Source: Clostridiaceae bacterium (GTDB lineage: Bacteria; Bacillota; Clostridia; CAYPLH01; DUMO01). Taken from it: a stretch of 64,000 bases of DNA. The stretch is from positions 162,008-226,007 of the forward strand of contig DUMO01000051.1 of assembly GCA_012839865.1 (NCBI GenBank), given 5' to 3'. The notes beneath the pieces are model-generated. The model did not search any database. It was not told where the DNA came from and was given only the letters and a program-made list of their open reading frames with translations. This document shows positions 9,679-19,303 of this stretch, piece after piece (position 1 is the stretch's first letter; the number at the start of each line of letters is the position of its first letter). Position numbers and translations under genes: made by a program.

Positions 9679-10548
9679 TCATTCTTTCCAACTCGGGACT
9701 TCGGGCAGGCACTTGAAAAATTCGTCAACAAGCTCTTTTTCATGTTCTTCTGTGTAAGCGCTGTTGATGAACTTATCCAGTTCTTCCCTGTAGAACTTCT
9801 CCCAGGATTGCTCTTCCCTGCCGGGTATAATGGGATAAAAACGTACATTGTTCTCTCTGGCAGCTTCCAGGTCGCCAATAGCGTCGCCAATCATTAAAAC
9901 ATTACAGTTTTCATATTCCCCGCTGGTTACAGAAATCCTGATGCACTCGGCTTTAGTTCCATGCTCTTGCCCGAATATGAACTTCATATATCTTTTAAGG
10001 TCATGCTCCTCCCACTCCCTTTCCAGGGCTTCAATCGGAGTGGCGGACATTACAACTGCATCAGCATGTTGGCTCAATTTGGTAATACTTTCCCTTACAA
10101 ATGGAAACGGAGGTACTCCATGAACTATCCTCTTAATGTCTTCGTTTACCGCTCTGGACCATTCCAGTGCCCGTATCAGAATTTCATCCGGGTTCCGTTC
10201 AATTGCCTTCTCCAATGCCGGATTGCCGGGCTTGCTTTCGGTTGCCAGCCAGTCTTTAACGGGTTGTAAGTCCGGAACAATAAACCCGCGGTTTTTTACA
10301 ACCTTTCTCTTGCTTAAAAAATCAAATGCCTTAATCAAAGCAGGAAATCTGTTTACACCCCTCCATCTTGAATAAAGGTTTACAAATTCCCATGTTTCCC
10401 TGGCATATTTTGAAATTGACTGCAACCCCCAGGTTGCAATAAAATTTGGAGTAAAGCATTCCTTGTGCTTTATTTCCATTGCGTCAAAGGCACATCCGTC
10501 TGAATCAATACAAACCAAAAATTTGTTGTCTCTCTTAAAGTAAGCCAT
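9679..10548 (-). CDS. HAD-superfamily hydrolase
   Basis: 289 aa. Motif I is CIDSDGC (DxDxx) and motif IV is MIGDAIGDLEAA. It lies 81 nt upstream of the GH2-like gene on the same strand and is probably co-transcribed with it. Confidence 0.7.
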   Translation of the reverse strand: MAYFKRDNKFLVCIDSDGCAFDAMEIKHKECFTPNFIATWGLQSISKYARETWEFVNLYSRWRGVNRFPALIKAFDFLSKRKVVKNRGFIVPDLQPVKDWLATESKPGNPALEKAIERNPDEILIRALEWSRAVNEDIKRIVHGVPPFPFVRESITKLSQHADAVVMSATPIEALEREWEEHDLKRYMKFIFGQEHGTKAECIRISVTSGEYENCNVLMIGDAIGDLEAARENNVRFYPIIPGREEQSWEKFYREELDKFINSAYTEEHEKELVDEFFKCLPEVPSWKE

Positions 10549-10721
10549 TCGTCAAATCATCCTTAATCTATTAAAGTTTAATACGACAATATAGTAGAAT
10601 AAAATCCAACGATTTTCTTATCTTTTTTTATCAGGAATATTTAAAATTCAACTTATTTTACTTTAAAGTATGCATAGTATATGTTAATATATTTTCAATA
10701 AGCTATGTTTGGGTGGTAAAG

Positions 10722-11585
10722 ATGAACAAATATTATGCAGTTCCAGAAATAATATCAACGGAATTTATTGTGAAATACCGCGAGCCCACGGATGAAAATC
10801 CATATATAATGATTAACAGCCACTATCATGAAGATAATTATGAAATTTATTTTCTGCTGGAGGGTGAAAGATACTATTTTTTAAAAGACAGGACATATCA
10901 TTTGAAACAGGGGGATCTGGTGATTATTCCAAAAAATATCATACACAAATCCTCCCATGTCAAAACTCATAAACACAAAAGGATTCTGGTGCAGTTCAAG
11001 GAAAGCTACCTCACCGGAATAGCCCAAAAAGACAGCGAGGTGGATTTGCTTGCATGCTTTAAGAGCGAAAAGAAAGTCCTGAGATTGGACTATAAAGAGC
11101 AGGAGTTTGTAAAGAACCTGTTCAACAAATTGCTTTATGAACAGACCAAAAAGCAGGTTGGCTGGCAGCTTTACAACAAAGTCTCACTGGCAGAATTGCT
11201 GCTGTATATAAACCGGGTCATCCTGAAGCATGCAAACAACGAATTTGACCATCCAAACTCGCTGTATGAAAAAGTTTCGGAAATAGTCAAATATTTGAAC
11301 GATAATTTTGCTGAGAATATTACACTTAAAAATGTTTCCGAGATGTTTTACATCAGTCCCAATTACTTGTGTAAAATATTCAAGGATGTGACCGGTTTTA
11401 CATTGATTGAATACTTAAACCAGATCAGAGTAAAACAGGCCCAACATTTGCTCAGGACTGAAAAAATGAATGTTTCACAGATATTTGAAGCATGTGGGTT
11501 CGGAACCATGACCCACTTTGAGAGAATATTCAAAAAGGTCACCGGCTCCTCGCCCCTGGCTTACAGGAAGATGCATAGGAGTTGA
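10722..11585 (+). CDS. AraC-family transcriptional regulator
   Basis: N-terminal cupin-like domain (HYHEDNYEIYFLLEGERYYF). C-terminal double HTH (ITLKNVSEMFYISPNYLCKIFKDVTGFTLIEYLNQIRVKQAQHLL...GFGTMTHFERIFKKVTGSSPLAYRK). The track start is GTG 10713; ATG 10722 is preferred. Divergent from the HAD-GH2 pair. Confidence 0.85.
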   Translation: MNKYYAVPEIISTEFIVKYREPTDENPYIMINSHYHEDNYEIYFLLEGERYYFLKDRTYHLKQGDLVIIPKNIIHKSSHVKTHKHKRILVQFKESYLTGIAQKDSEVDLLACFKSEKKVLRLDYKEQEFVKNLFNKLLYEQTKKQVGWQLYNKVSLAELLLYINRVILKHANNEFDHPNSLYEKVSEIVKYLNDNFAENITLKNVSEMFYISPNYLCKIFKDVTGFTLIEYLNQIRVKQAQHLLRTEKMNVSQIFEACGFGTMTHFERIFKKVTGSSPLAYRKMHRS

Positions 11586-11990
11586 AATTTCGACACCTTA
11601 AGTGGCTTTTATTAAATATTTTTAAAAGTAGTTTTCAACCGGCGATTCAGACAAAAACAGTCTGGCGTTGAAACTTATACCAGATTTTTTATATCTTGGT
11701 AAAATCTAGACTGGGTTAATAACTCAGATATTTATTCGTTTATCTTCCTAACCTTCAAGCAAAATAATATTATTTAATTCTTCATTAGCATGTAAATGCC
11801 CTATTTCTTAGCTGGTACATGTTCAAATATCCACATAATGCAACATTATACAGCAGTCCTGTCGGCATTTTGAGGTATACCACACTTGTATAATAGCTTT
11901 TTAGTACCTTATTATTTGCGCTACTTTGCAGTGTCACCGCTTAAATCTACGTCCACAAAAGGGGGTGCAGATAAAATCCTGGACTTTTCT

Positions 11991-12275
11991 TCATGCTATT
12001 AAACCTATACTTCGTCCATAGTCAATAGGACTCAATGCCTCAAGGAACATCCTAAGAAAGCTGTTGAGTTTATTAATATACTGTTCTATGGAAATATCTT
12101 GCCATGAGTGTCCAGTAATAAGTTGTTGAGCTTTTTGATTTATTAAAGTGCCCTACTTTGCCTTAAATTCTGCAACACTTCCTATATCAGCTTTATCATC
12201 TACCCCCACAAAGGTATATAATTTTGTCCCATAACCTTTTTATTGTTTATGGAAATATTCTATCAGCAGGAGATA
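11991..12275 (-). pseudogene. Possible decayed C-terminal fragment of a tyrosine recombinase/integrase
   Basis: One - strand frame reads ...LLIEYFHKQ*KGYGTKLYTFVGVDDKADIGSVAEFKAK*GTLINQKAQQLITGHSWQDISIEQYINKLN... with two in-frame stops. The stretch KAQQLITGHS....I.QY resembles the integrase C-terminal pattern (I/V)QxLLGHSxxxxTxxY. The match is weak, judged by eye, and has no database support. Confidence 0.3.
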
Positions 12276-12415
12276 ATTATTTTATAATTACCTCTATCTT
12301 TACATTTATTATTCATAATTATATCATTATTTTTACTATTTCATTACCCTATCTTATATAAGTAATTCATAATATTGCCAATTTTTCTTTATCAACAATA
12401 TACAAAACCTATGCA

Positions 12416-12461
12416 ATAAAAAAGGGTACTGTTTTTTAGACTTCTAAGCAACAGTACCCTT
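12416..12461 (-). terminator. Rho-independent terminator of ppdK
   Basis: On the - strand: AAGGGTACTGTT, 16-nt loop, AACAGTACCCTT, then TTTTTATT. It lies about 75 nt downstream of the ppdK stop. Confidence 0.7.
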
Positions 12462-12537
12462 TATTTATGCTCTTTTACATCAAATGATTCTTCAAATCAC
12501 GTGATCAGATTTTAATTTAAATCGCCTGAAACGAATA

Positions 12538-15171
12538 TTACTTTGCCCTCGGATTATTCACCTGTGCTTGTGCTGCAGCCAGCCTTGCAATCGGTACGCG
12601 ATATGGTGAACATGACACATAATTGAGTCCAACACTGTGGCAGAACTCTACTGAGGATGGATCTCCACCATGCTCTCCACAGATACCCAGCTTAATATCC
12701 GGTCTGGTCTGCTTACCGAGCTTCACTCCCATTTCCATGAGTTTACCTACGCCCTTCTGGTCAAGTTTGACAAAAGGATCAAACTCATAGATTTTTTTAT
12801 CATAATAATCTTCAAGGAACTTGCCGGCGTCATCACGGCTGAAACCGAAGGTCATCTGGGTAAGGTCGTTTGTACCGAATGAGAAGAATTCAGCTTCCCG
12901 CGCAATTTCATCAGCAGTTAATGCAGCCCTCGGTATTTCAATCATGGTACCTACCATGTACTTCAACGAAACACCTGATTCTTCAATAATTTTATCGGCT
13001 GTTTTTACGCAGATTTCCTTGACATACTTAAGCTCTTTTTCTTCTCCTATCAGAGGAATCATTATTTCAGGAATTACATTCAGTCCCTTTTTGTTCACAT
13101 TTATAGCAGCCTCAATAATGGCTCTTGTCTGCATCTCGGCAATTTCAGGATATGATACTGCCAGACGGCATCCTCTGTGTCCCATCATGGGATTGAATTC
13201 ATGCAGCCCTGTAATAATTCCCTTAAGCTCCACATATGACATTTCCATCTCTTTTGCCAATTCCTTTATGTCTTCCTCTTCCTGGGGAAGGAATTCATGG
13301 AGCGGCGGATCAAGCAACCTGATTGTAACGGGATAACCGTTCATTGCTTCAAATATGCCCTCAAAATCCGCTCTTTGCATCGGTAATAGTTTTGCAAGGG
13401 CTTTCTTCCTCTGATCAACTGTTCTTGAAACAATCATTTCCCTCATTGCAGCAATCCTGTCAGCTTCAAAGAACATATGCTCTGTACGGCAAAGACCTAT
13501 TCCTTCAGCACCAAAGCTTAAAGCAGTGGCTGCATCCTGTGGGTTGTCTGCATTGGCTCTGACTTTCAAAGCTCTTATTTCATCCGCCCATTTCATAAGT
13601 CTGGCGAAGTCTCCTGCCATTTCAGGAGCTACTGTAGGTAGCTTCTGTCCGTAAACATTTCCTGTTGAACCGTCCAGTGAAATCCAGTCACCTTCGTTGT
13701 ACCTGTTACCCTTTGTATCATAGAAACACTTGGCTTCTTCATCAATTCTGATTTCACCGCAGCCGGCTACACAGCATCTGCCCATACCACGGGCAACAAC
13801 CGCTGCATGGGATGTCATTCCACCCCTGGCTGTTAATATGCCTTGCGAAACATGCATGCCTTCTATGTCTTCAGGAGAAGTTTCAAGTCTTACAAGTATT
13901 ATGCTCTTTTCGCCGTTTTTGAAAGCTGTTGCAGCATCTTCGGCACTAAAGAAAATTTTTCCGGTTGCAGCACCTGGTGAAGCAGGCAAACCTTTTGCAA
14001 TCGGAGTTGCTGCTTTCAGGGCCTTTGGATCAAAATTCGGGTGCAGGAGTGAATCAAGCTGCCTGGCATCAACCTTCAGGATTGCCTCTTCCTTTGTAAT
14101 CATGCCTTCGTCCACCAGGTCAACTGCTATCTTGAGAGCTGCCCTTGCAGTTCTTTTACCGTTCCTGGTCTGCAGCATGAATAATTTACCTCTTTCAATT
14201 GTAAACTCCATGTCCTGCATGTCCCTATAATGGTTTTCAAGTATTTCTGCAATCTTGATAAACTGATTGTATGCATCAGGGTTGATTTCTTTCAACTGAT
14301 CTATTGTCTGGGGTGTTCTTATCCCGGCTACAACATCCTCACCCTGGGCATTCATCAGAAATTCTCCGTAGAGCACCTTTTCCCCGGTGGATGGATTTCT
14401 TGTAAATGCCACTCCGGTACCTGAATCATTTCCCATGTTTCCATAAACCATTTCCTGCACGTTTACAGCAGTACCCCAGTCACCGGGGATATCATTAAGC
14501 CTTCTGTAAACGATTGCTCTGGGATTGTCCCATGAGCGGAAAACTGCAGTTACTGCTTCCATCAGCTGAAGTCTGGGATCTTGGGGGAAGTCTGTTCCTT
14601 TTTCCTGTTTATACAGTTCTTTAAATCTTTTTACTACTTCCTTCAAGTTTTCTGCAGTAAGGTCGGTGTCTGATTTTGCATTGTTTTCTTCCTTGACTTC
14701 ATCCAAAATCTTTTCGAATTTGCTTTTTTCAACACCCATTACTACGTCGCTGAACATTTGAATAAATCTTCTATAACTGTCATATGCAAATCTTTCGTTA
14801 TCAGTCAGTTTTGCAAGACCAACAACAACTGAATCATTCAAGCCCAGATTCAATATTGTATCCATCATTCCCGGCATTGAAGCTCTTGCTCCCGAACGCA
14901 CCGAAACCAAAAGCGGATTTGAGGGGTCACCAAATTTTTTACAAATAATTTCTTCTGTTTTTGCAAGAGCTGCGTAAATTTGATCTTCGATTTCCTTTGA
15001 TATCACTTTACCATCCTGATAGTACTTTGTACATGCCTCAGTAGTAACAGTAAATCCTCTTGGCACAGGAAGGCCCAACCCTGTCATTTCAGCAAGATTA
15101 GCTCCTTTTCCTCCAAGAAGGTTTCTCATCGAAGCATTTCCTTCACTGAACAGATATACGTATTTTGTCAT
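12538..15171 (-). CDS. ppdK: Pyruvate, phosphate dikinase
   Basis: 877 aa. MTKYVYLFSEGNASMRNLLGGKGANLAEM, phospho-histidine loop GGMTSHAAVVARG, and PEP-utilising TIM barrel with FFSFGTNDLTQM. SD GGAGG lies upstream of the ATG. Confidence 0.95.
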   Translation of the reverse strand: MTKYVYLFSEGNASMRNLLGGKGANLAEMTGLGLPVPRGFTVTTEACTKYYQDGKVISKEIEDQIYAALAKTEEIICKKFGDPSNPLLVSVRSGARASMPGMMDTILNLGLNDSVVVGLAKLTDNERFAYDSYRRFIQMFSDVVMGVEKSKFEKILDEVKEENNAKSDTDLTAENLKEVVKRFKELYKQEKGTDFPQDPRLQLMEAVTAVFRSWDNPRAIVYRRLNDIPGDWGTAVNVQEMVYGNMGNDSGTGVAFTRNPSTGEKVLYGEFLMNAQGEDVVAGIRTPQTIDQLKEINPDAYNQFIKIAEILENHYRDMQDMEFTIERGKLFMLQTRNGKRTARAALKIAVDLVDEGMITKEEAILKVDARQLDSLLHPNFDPKALKAATPIAKGLPASPGAATGKIFFSAEDAATAFKNGEKSIILVRLETSPEDIEGMHVSQGILTARGGMTSHAAVVARGMGRCCVAGCGEIRIDEEAKCFYDTKGNRYNEGDWISLDGSTGNVYGQKLPTVAPEMAGDFARLMKWADEIRALKVRANADNPQDAATALSFGAEGIGLCRTEHMFFEADRIAAMREMIVSRTVDQRKKALAKLLPMQRADFEGIFEAMNGYPVTIRLLDPPLHEFLPQEEEDIKELAKEMEMSYVELKGIITGLHEFNPMMGHRGCRLAVSYPEIAEMQTRAIIEAAINVNKKGLNVIPEIMIPLIGEEKELKYVKEICVKTADKIIEESGVSLKYMVGTMIEIPRAALTADEIAREAEFFSFGTNDLTQMTFGFSRDDAGKFLEDYYDKKIYEFDPFVKLDQKGVGKLMEMGVKLGKQTRPDIKLGICGEHGGDPSSVEFCHSVGLNYVSCSPYRVPIARLAAAQAQVNNPRAK

Positions 15172-15654
15172 AGATTAACCTCCTATATATTTTATTCTTT
15201 ACAAATTTCGAGTTAAAAATTATGAAAATTTCCCTAAAAAGTAAGCTGTACTTACTTCTTATGTCTATAAAATATTATGGTTACCGCTTCGGATTTATAT
15301 TGATTGCGAAGGTAAATAACGAAAATAATATCGTTCCCGAGCAGCCGCTAATAATTATAACATATAAAAATCAATTTTCATTTATTATTTTTCAATTTAT
15401 TGTAAAAATTTTTGGTAAATTTTCTTTTATTAATTTGCCTTACACGAAGTTTTTTATTCAATAGAAAATAAGAAAGCAGCTTAAAATTAAAAAGCAGCTT
15501 GAATTTGTCACTGGTCAAAGACTTAAATAGTTAAAAAATACATATTAGTACTGTAAAATAACTTTACAGTAAATTGTTGCCTTTGAACAGTGACTCATAA
15601 TTTGCTGCCCTTTTGTAAACCTTCTGAAAATACTAATAGTTAACAAATTAATAT

Positions 15655-17040
15655 TTATAACTCTATTCTAACTTCAAAATAAGAAACAAGATCATCAATT
15701 TTTATTCTGACTTGTTCCATTGTGTCTCTATCCCTTACTGTAACACTTCCGTCATTTTGGGAATCAAAATCATATGTCACACAGAAAGGCGTCCCAATTT
15801 CATCCTGTCTTCTGTATCTTTTTCCGATGCTGCCTGTTTCATCATATTCACAATTAAACTTCCTGATCAATATCTCATACACCTTCCAGGCATCTTCTCC
15901 AAGCTTCTTGGATAAAGGAAGCACTGCCACCTTTACAGGAGCTATTGCAGGATGGAATCTCAATACGGTTCTTACTTCATTTTCGACTTCCTCTTCATCA
16001 TATGCATCGCAAAGGAAAGAAAGAGCAACCCTGTCTACACCAAGAGATGGCTCTATACAATATGGAACATATTTTTCATTGGTATTCGGGTCAAAATAGC
16101 CGAGGTCATCCTTTGAGTGCTTCATATGCTGCTTGAGGTCATAGTCGGTACGGTCGGCTATACCCCACAATTCACCCCAGCCAAAGGGAAACTTATATTC
16201 AATATCAGTCGTAGCATTGCTGTAAAAAGAAAGTTCCTCGGGGCTGTGATCCCTCATTCTTAAATTTTCTTCTTTTAAGCCAAAATGGATAAGCCAATCA
16301 TAGCAGAATTTTTTCCAATAATTGAACCATTCAAGATCCGTACCCGGTTCACAGAAAAATTCCAGTTCCATTTGTTCAAATTCTCTTGTCCTGAAGGTAA
16401 AATTGCCTGGTGTTATCTCATTTCTGAATGATTTTCCTATCTGACCTATTCCAAAGGGAATTTTCTTTCTGGTGGTTCTTTGAACATTCTTAAAATTGAC
16501 AAAAATGCCTTGCGCTGTCTCCGGCCTTAAATACAATTCAGATTTGGAGTCTTCAGTTACTCCCTGAAATGTTTTGAACATCATGTTGAACTTTCGGATT
16601 TCCGTAAAGTTCTTAGACCCGCAATTGCTGCATACAACACCTTTTTCCTTAATATATGCCATCAACGCATCATTTTCCCAGCCATCCACACTTAAGTCTA
16701 TACCGTTTGACTTGTTCCAGTCATTTATAAGGTTATCAGCCCTGAATCTGACCTTGCAGTCCTTGCAATCGATAAGGGGATCATTAAAACCTGAAACATG
16801 CCCGGAAGCGACCCAAACCTCGGGATTCATCAGAATGGCACTGTCGATGCCTACATTATATGGGTTCTCCTGAATAAACTTTTTCCACCAGGCTTTTTTT
16901 ACATTGTTTTTGAGTTCAACTCCAAGGGGGCCGTAATCCCATGCATTTGCCAACCCTCCATAAATTTCCGAGCCTGCATACACAAAGCCCCGGTTTTTTG
17001 CCAGAGCTACTATTTTCTCCATTGTCTTTTGTACAGACAT
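15655..17040 (-). CDS. glyQS: Glycine--tRNA ligase (alpha2 type)
   Basis: 461 aa. [14 protein letters not shown], class II motifs [25 protein letters not shown] and [12 protein letters not shown], plus a C-terminal anticodon-binding domain. Confidence 0.95.
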   Translation of the reverse strand: MSVQKTMEKIVALAKNRGFVYAGSEIYGGLANAWDYGPLGVELKNNVKKAWWKKFIQENPYNVGIDSAILMNPEVWVASGHVSGFNDPLIDCKDCKVRFRADNLINDWNKSNGIDLSVDGWENDALMAYIKEKGVVCSNCGSKNFTEIRKFNMMFKTFQGVTEDSKSELYLRPETAQGIFVNFKNVQRTTRKKIPFGIGQIGKSFRNEITPGNFTFRTREFEQMELEFFCEPGTDLEWFNYWKKFCYDWLIHFGLKEENLRMRDHSPEELSFYSNATTDIEYKFPFGWGELWGIADRTDYDLKQHMKHSKDDLGYFDPNTNEKYVPYCIEPSLGVDRVALSFLCDAYDEEEVENEVRTVLRFHPAIAPVKVAVLPLSKKLGEDAWKVYEILIRKFNCEYDETGSIGKRYRRQDEIGTPFCVTYDFDSQNDGSVTVRDRDTMEQVRIKIDDLVSYFEVRIEL

Positions 17041-17083
17041 ACATAACCTCCTGTTGATTGTTTTCTCTCCAATGAATCCAGGT

Positions 17084-17293
17084 TTATTTTATCCCCGGTT
17101 TATTTTTTCTGTAATATCTTATTTTCCCTTTTTTTATTTCCTCTATTGCAACAGTTACCGGGCTTTCCGAATTTACTTCAACAAGCCTTTGGGCTCCGTC
17201 AACCAGTTGACGTGCTCTTTTTGCTGTTGCTACCACAAGAGTGTATCTTGTATCAACTTTGTTCAGAAGTTCACTTAATGGCGGATAAAGCAT
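17084..17293 (-). CDS. rpoZ: DNA-directed RNA polymerase subunit omega
   Basis: 69 aa: [30 protein letters not shown]. Follows gmk, as in most Firmicutes. Confidence 0.9.
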   Translation of the reverse strand: MLYPPLSELLNKVDTRYTLVVATAKRARQLVDGAQRLVEVNSESPVTVAIEEIKKGKIRYYRKNKPGIK

Positions 17294-17333
17294 GGCAATT
17301 CCTCCTTAAACGTTAGTATTGCTGCAATTTTCA

Positions 17334-17942
17334 TTAATTCAATCCTATATCTTTCAAAATGTTTTCGTTCCTGCTGACTTTATGCTTCTCTGCAATCAAT
17401 ATGCAATTGATTTCTTTAATTGCTTTTTGAATATCAGCATTCACTATCACATAATCATATTGCTCTAAGCATAGCATTTCTTTTTTTGCGGTGTCCAGCC
17501 TTTTTTGCAAGGTTTCGGAAGTTTCGGATCCCCTTTTTTCAATTCTCCTGACGAGTTCCTCATATGTAGGAGGAAGTATGAAAATCGAAACACTCTCAGG
17601 ATAAATCCTTTTAATGTTTTCATGTCCCTGGACCTCTATCTCCAAAACAATGTCCTTTCCGGATTTTATGCAATCTTCAACTAAACTTTTCGGAGTTCCG
17701 TATAAATTGTCACAATATGAGGTCCATTCAATAAGTTCGCCTTTTTTTATCATTTCAGCAAACTCATCTACAGTTTTGAAAAAATAATTCTGTCCCTCAA
17801 TCTCATTTGCCCTGGGCGGTCTGGTTGTTGCGGACACAGAAAACTTAAGCTCGGGATTTACATTTTTCAATTCCTTCAAAAGCGTACTTTTACCTGAACC
17901 AGAAGGTCCTGACACAACGACAAGAAGACCTCTTTTTTGCAT
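17334..17942 (-). CDS. gmk: Guanylate kinase
   Basis: P-loop GPSGSGKST, then SATTRPPR...G..YFF. The start was trimmed from 17984 to ATG 17942, which is preceded by AGGGGGAGA and no longer overlaps remA. Confidence 0.9.
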   Translation of the reverse strand: MQKRGLLVVVSGPSGSGKSTLLKELKNVNPELKFSVSATTRPPRANEIEGQNYFFKTVDEFAEMIKKGELIEWTSYCDNLYGTPKSLVEDCIKSGKDIVLEIEVQGHENIKRIYPESVSIFILPPTYEELVRRIEKRGSETSETLQKRLDTAKKEMLCLEQYDYVIVNADIQKAIKEINCILIAEKHKVSRNENILKDIGLN

Positions 17943-17952
17943 TATTCTCCCC

Positions 17953-18228
17953 CTATTCCAGAGTCTCAGTGCCATCCTCTTCAAGGTTAGTCACTTTTGA
18001 ATTCAACCTGTGAGCCACTGTTTCAGGCTGCACTGCAGAAAGAATAATATGGTCGCTGTCTGTAATTATGACTGCCCGGGTACGTCTGCCATATGTTGCG
18101 TCAATGAGCATACCCCTGTCACGGGCTTCCTGTATTATTCTTTTAATTGGAGCGGATTCAGGGCTTACTATTGCAACCAGCCTGTTGGCCGATACGATGT
18201 TGCCGAAGCCGATATTAATCAATTTCAT
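17953..18228 (-). CDS. remA: RemA/DUF370 family extracellular-matrix/biofilm regulatory protein
   Basis: [72 protein letters not shown] is the highly conserved RemA sequence. The start is ATG 18228 after GGGAGG. Confidence 0.85.
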   Translation of the reverse strand: MKLINIGFGNIVSANRLVAIVSPESAPIKRIIQEARDRGMLIDATYGRRTRAVIITDSDHIILSAVQPETVAHRLNSKVTNLEEDGTETLE

Positions 18229-18261
18229 TGTTTGCCTCCCAAACATAAAATATTTGCATTA

Positions 18262-19140
18262 TCATTCAATATTTTGCACCAATTCCCGCATTTTTTCAAT
18301 TTCATATTTAATTTCAACCACACTTTTTATTATATCAAGATCGTTTGCCTTTGAACCCATGGTGTTGGCTTCTCTGTTCATTTCCTGAATTATAAAATCA
18401 AGTTTCTTGCCTACCGGTCCGTCCAATTCCATAGTATTAATAAACTGTTTGACGTGACTTTCAAATCTTACAATTTCCTCATCAATGCAGCACCTGTCGG
18501 CAAAAAGGGCAACTTCGGTTTCAATGCGGGATTCGTCCACTGATTGGTTCTGCAGAAGCTCATTTATTCTTGATGCCAACTTCTCCCTGTAGGAACAAAC
18601 CACAAGAGGGGCAGAAGCTTTTATCTTCTCAAGCTCATCCATTACTTTTTTTGTTTTTTCCATGAGATTTTTATGAGTTTCATAACCTTCCTGCCTTCTC
18701 ATATCAAGAGTGGCTTCCACGGCCCTTTTAACAGCTTCCGAAAGAATTTCCCACAGCCTGGACTCATCTATCTCGCGTTTTTCCACTCTGAATACATCAG
18801 GAAACTTTGAAATAAGCGTCAATGTGATATCATCTGCAACCCCAAACTCATCCCTGATGGTTTCGAGGGCTTTCATATATCCACTTATCAGTGCCTTGTC
18901 CGGCAATACATTTACCGGATTTTCGGAATTGTCTTCATAGCTTATAAAAACATCTATCTTGCCTCTTACAAGCTGGTTCCGAAGCATGTCTCTGACTTTG
19001 TTTTCAAGGTATTGAAGCTGCTTGGGCAATTTTATATATATATCATTGTACCTGTGATTAACTGTTTTTATTTCAACCAGAAACTTTTTCTGATCCTGCT
19101 CGTACTCACCTCTTCCAAAACCGGTCATACTTTTTATCAT
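18262..19140 (-). CDS. YicC/YloC family stress-induced protein (DUF1732)
   Basis: The start was trimmed to MIKSMTGFGRGE (ATG 19140). C-terminal DUF1732 motif IIQEMNREANTMGSKAND. Confidence 0.85.
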   Translation of the reverse strand: MIKSMTGFGRGEYEQDQKKFLVEIKTVNHRYNDIYIKLPKQLQYLENKVRDMLRNQLVRGKIDVFISYEDNSENPVNVLPDKALISGYMKALETIRDEFGVADDITLTLISKFPDVFRVEKREIDESRLWEILSEAVKRAVEATLDMRRQEGYETHKNLMEKTKKVMDELEKIKASAPLVVCSYREKLASRINELLQNQSVDESRIETEVALFADRCCIDEEIVRFESHVKQFINTMELDGPVGKKLDFIIQEMNREANTMGSKANDLDIIKSVVEIKYEIEKMRELVQNIE

Positions 19141-19303
19141 GTTAAAAACATCCTTTGCAAAAATTATCTTGTACTTTAAGACTCGAAAACAGTGCCATAT
19201 CAAAATACTTGCAACCTGCATCAAGAGTCTCTTGATTGCTTTGTAGGAAATCAACCTTTATTATACCACATTTATCAGGAAAATAGTTTTTTATTTAGCT
19301 AAA

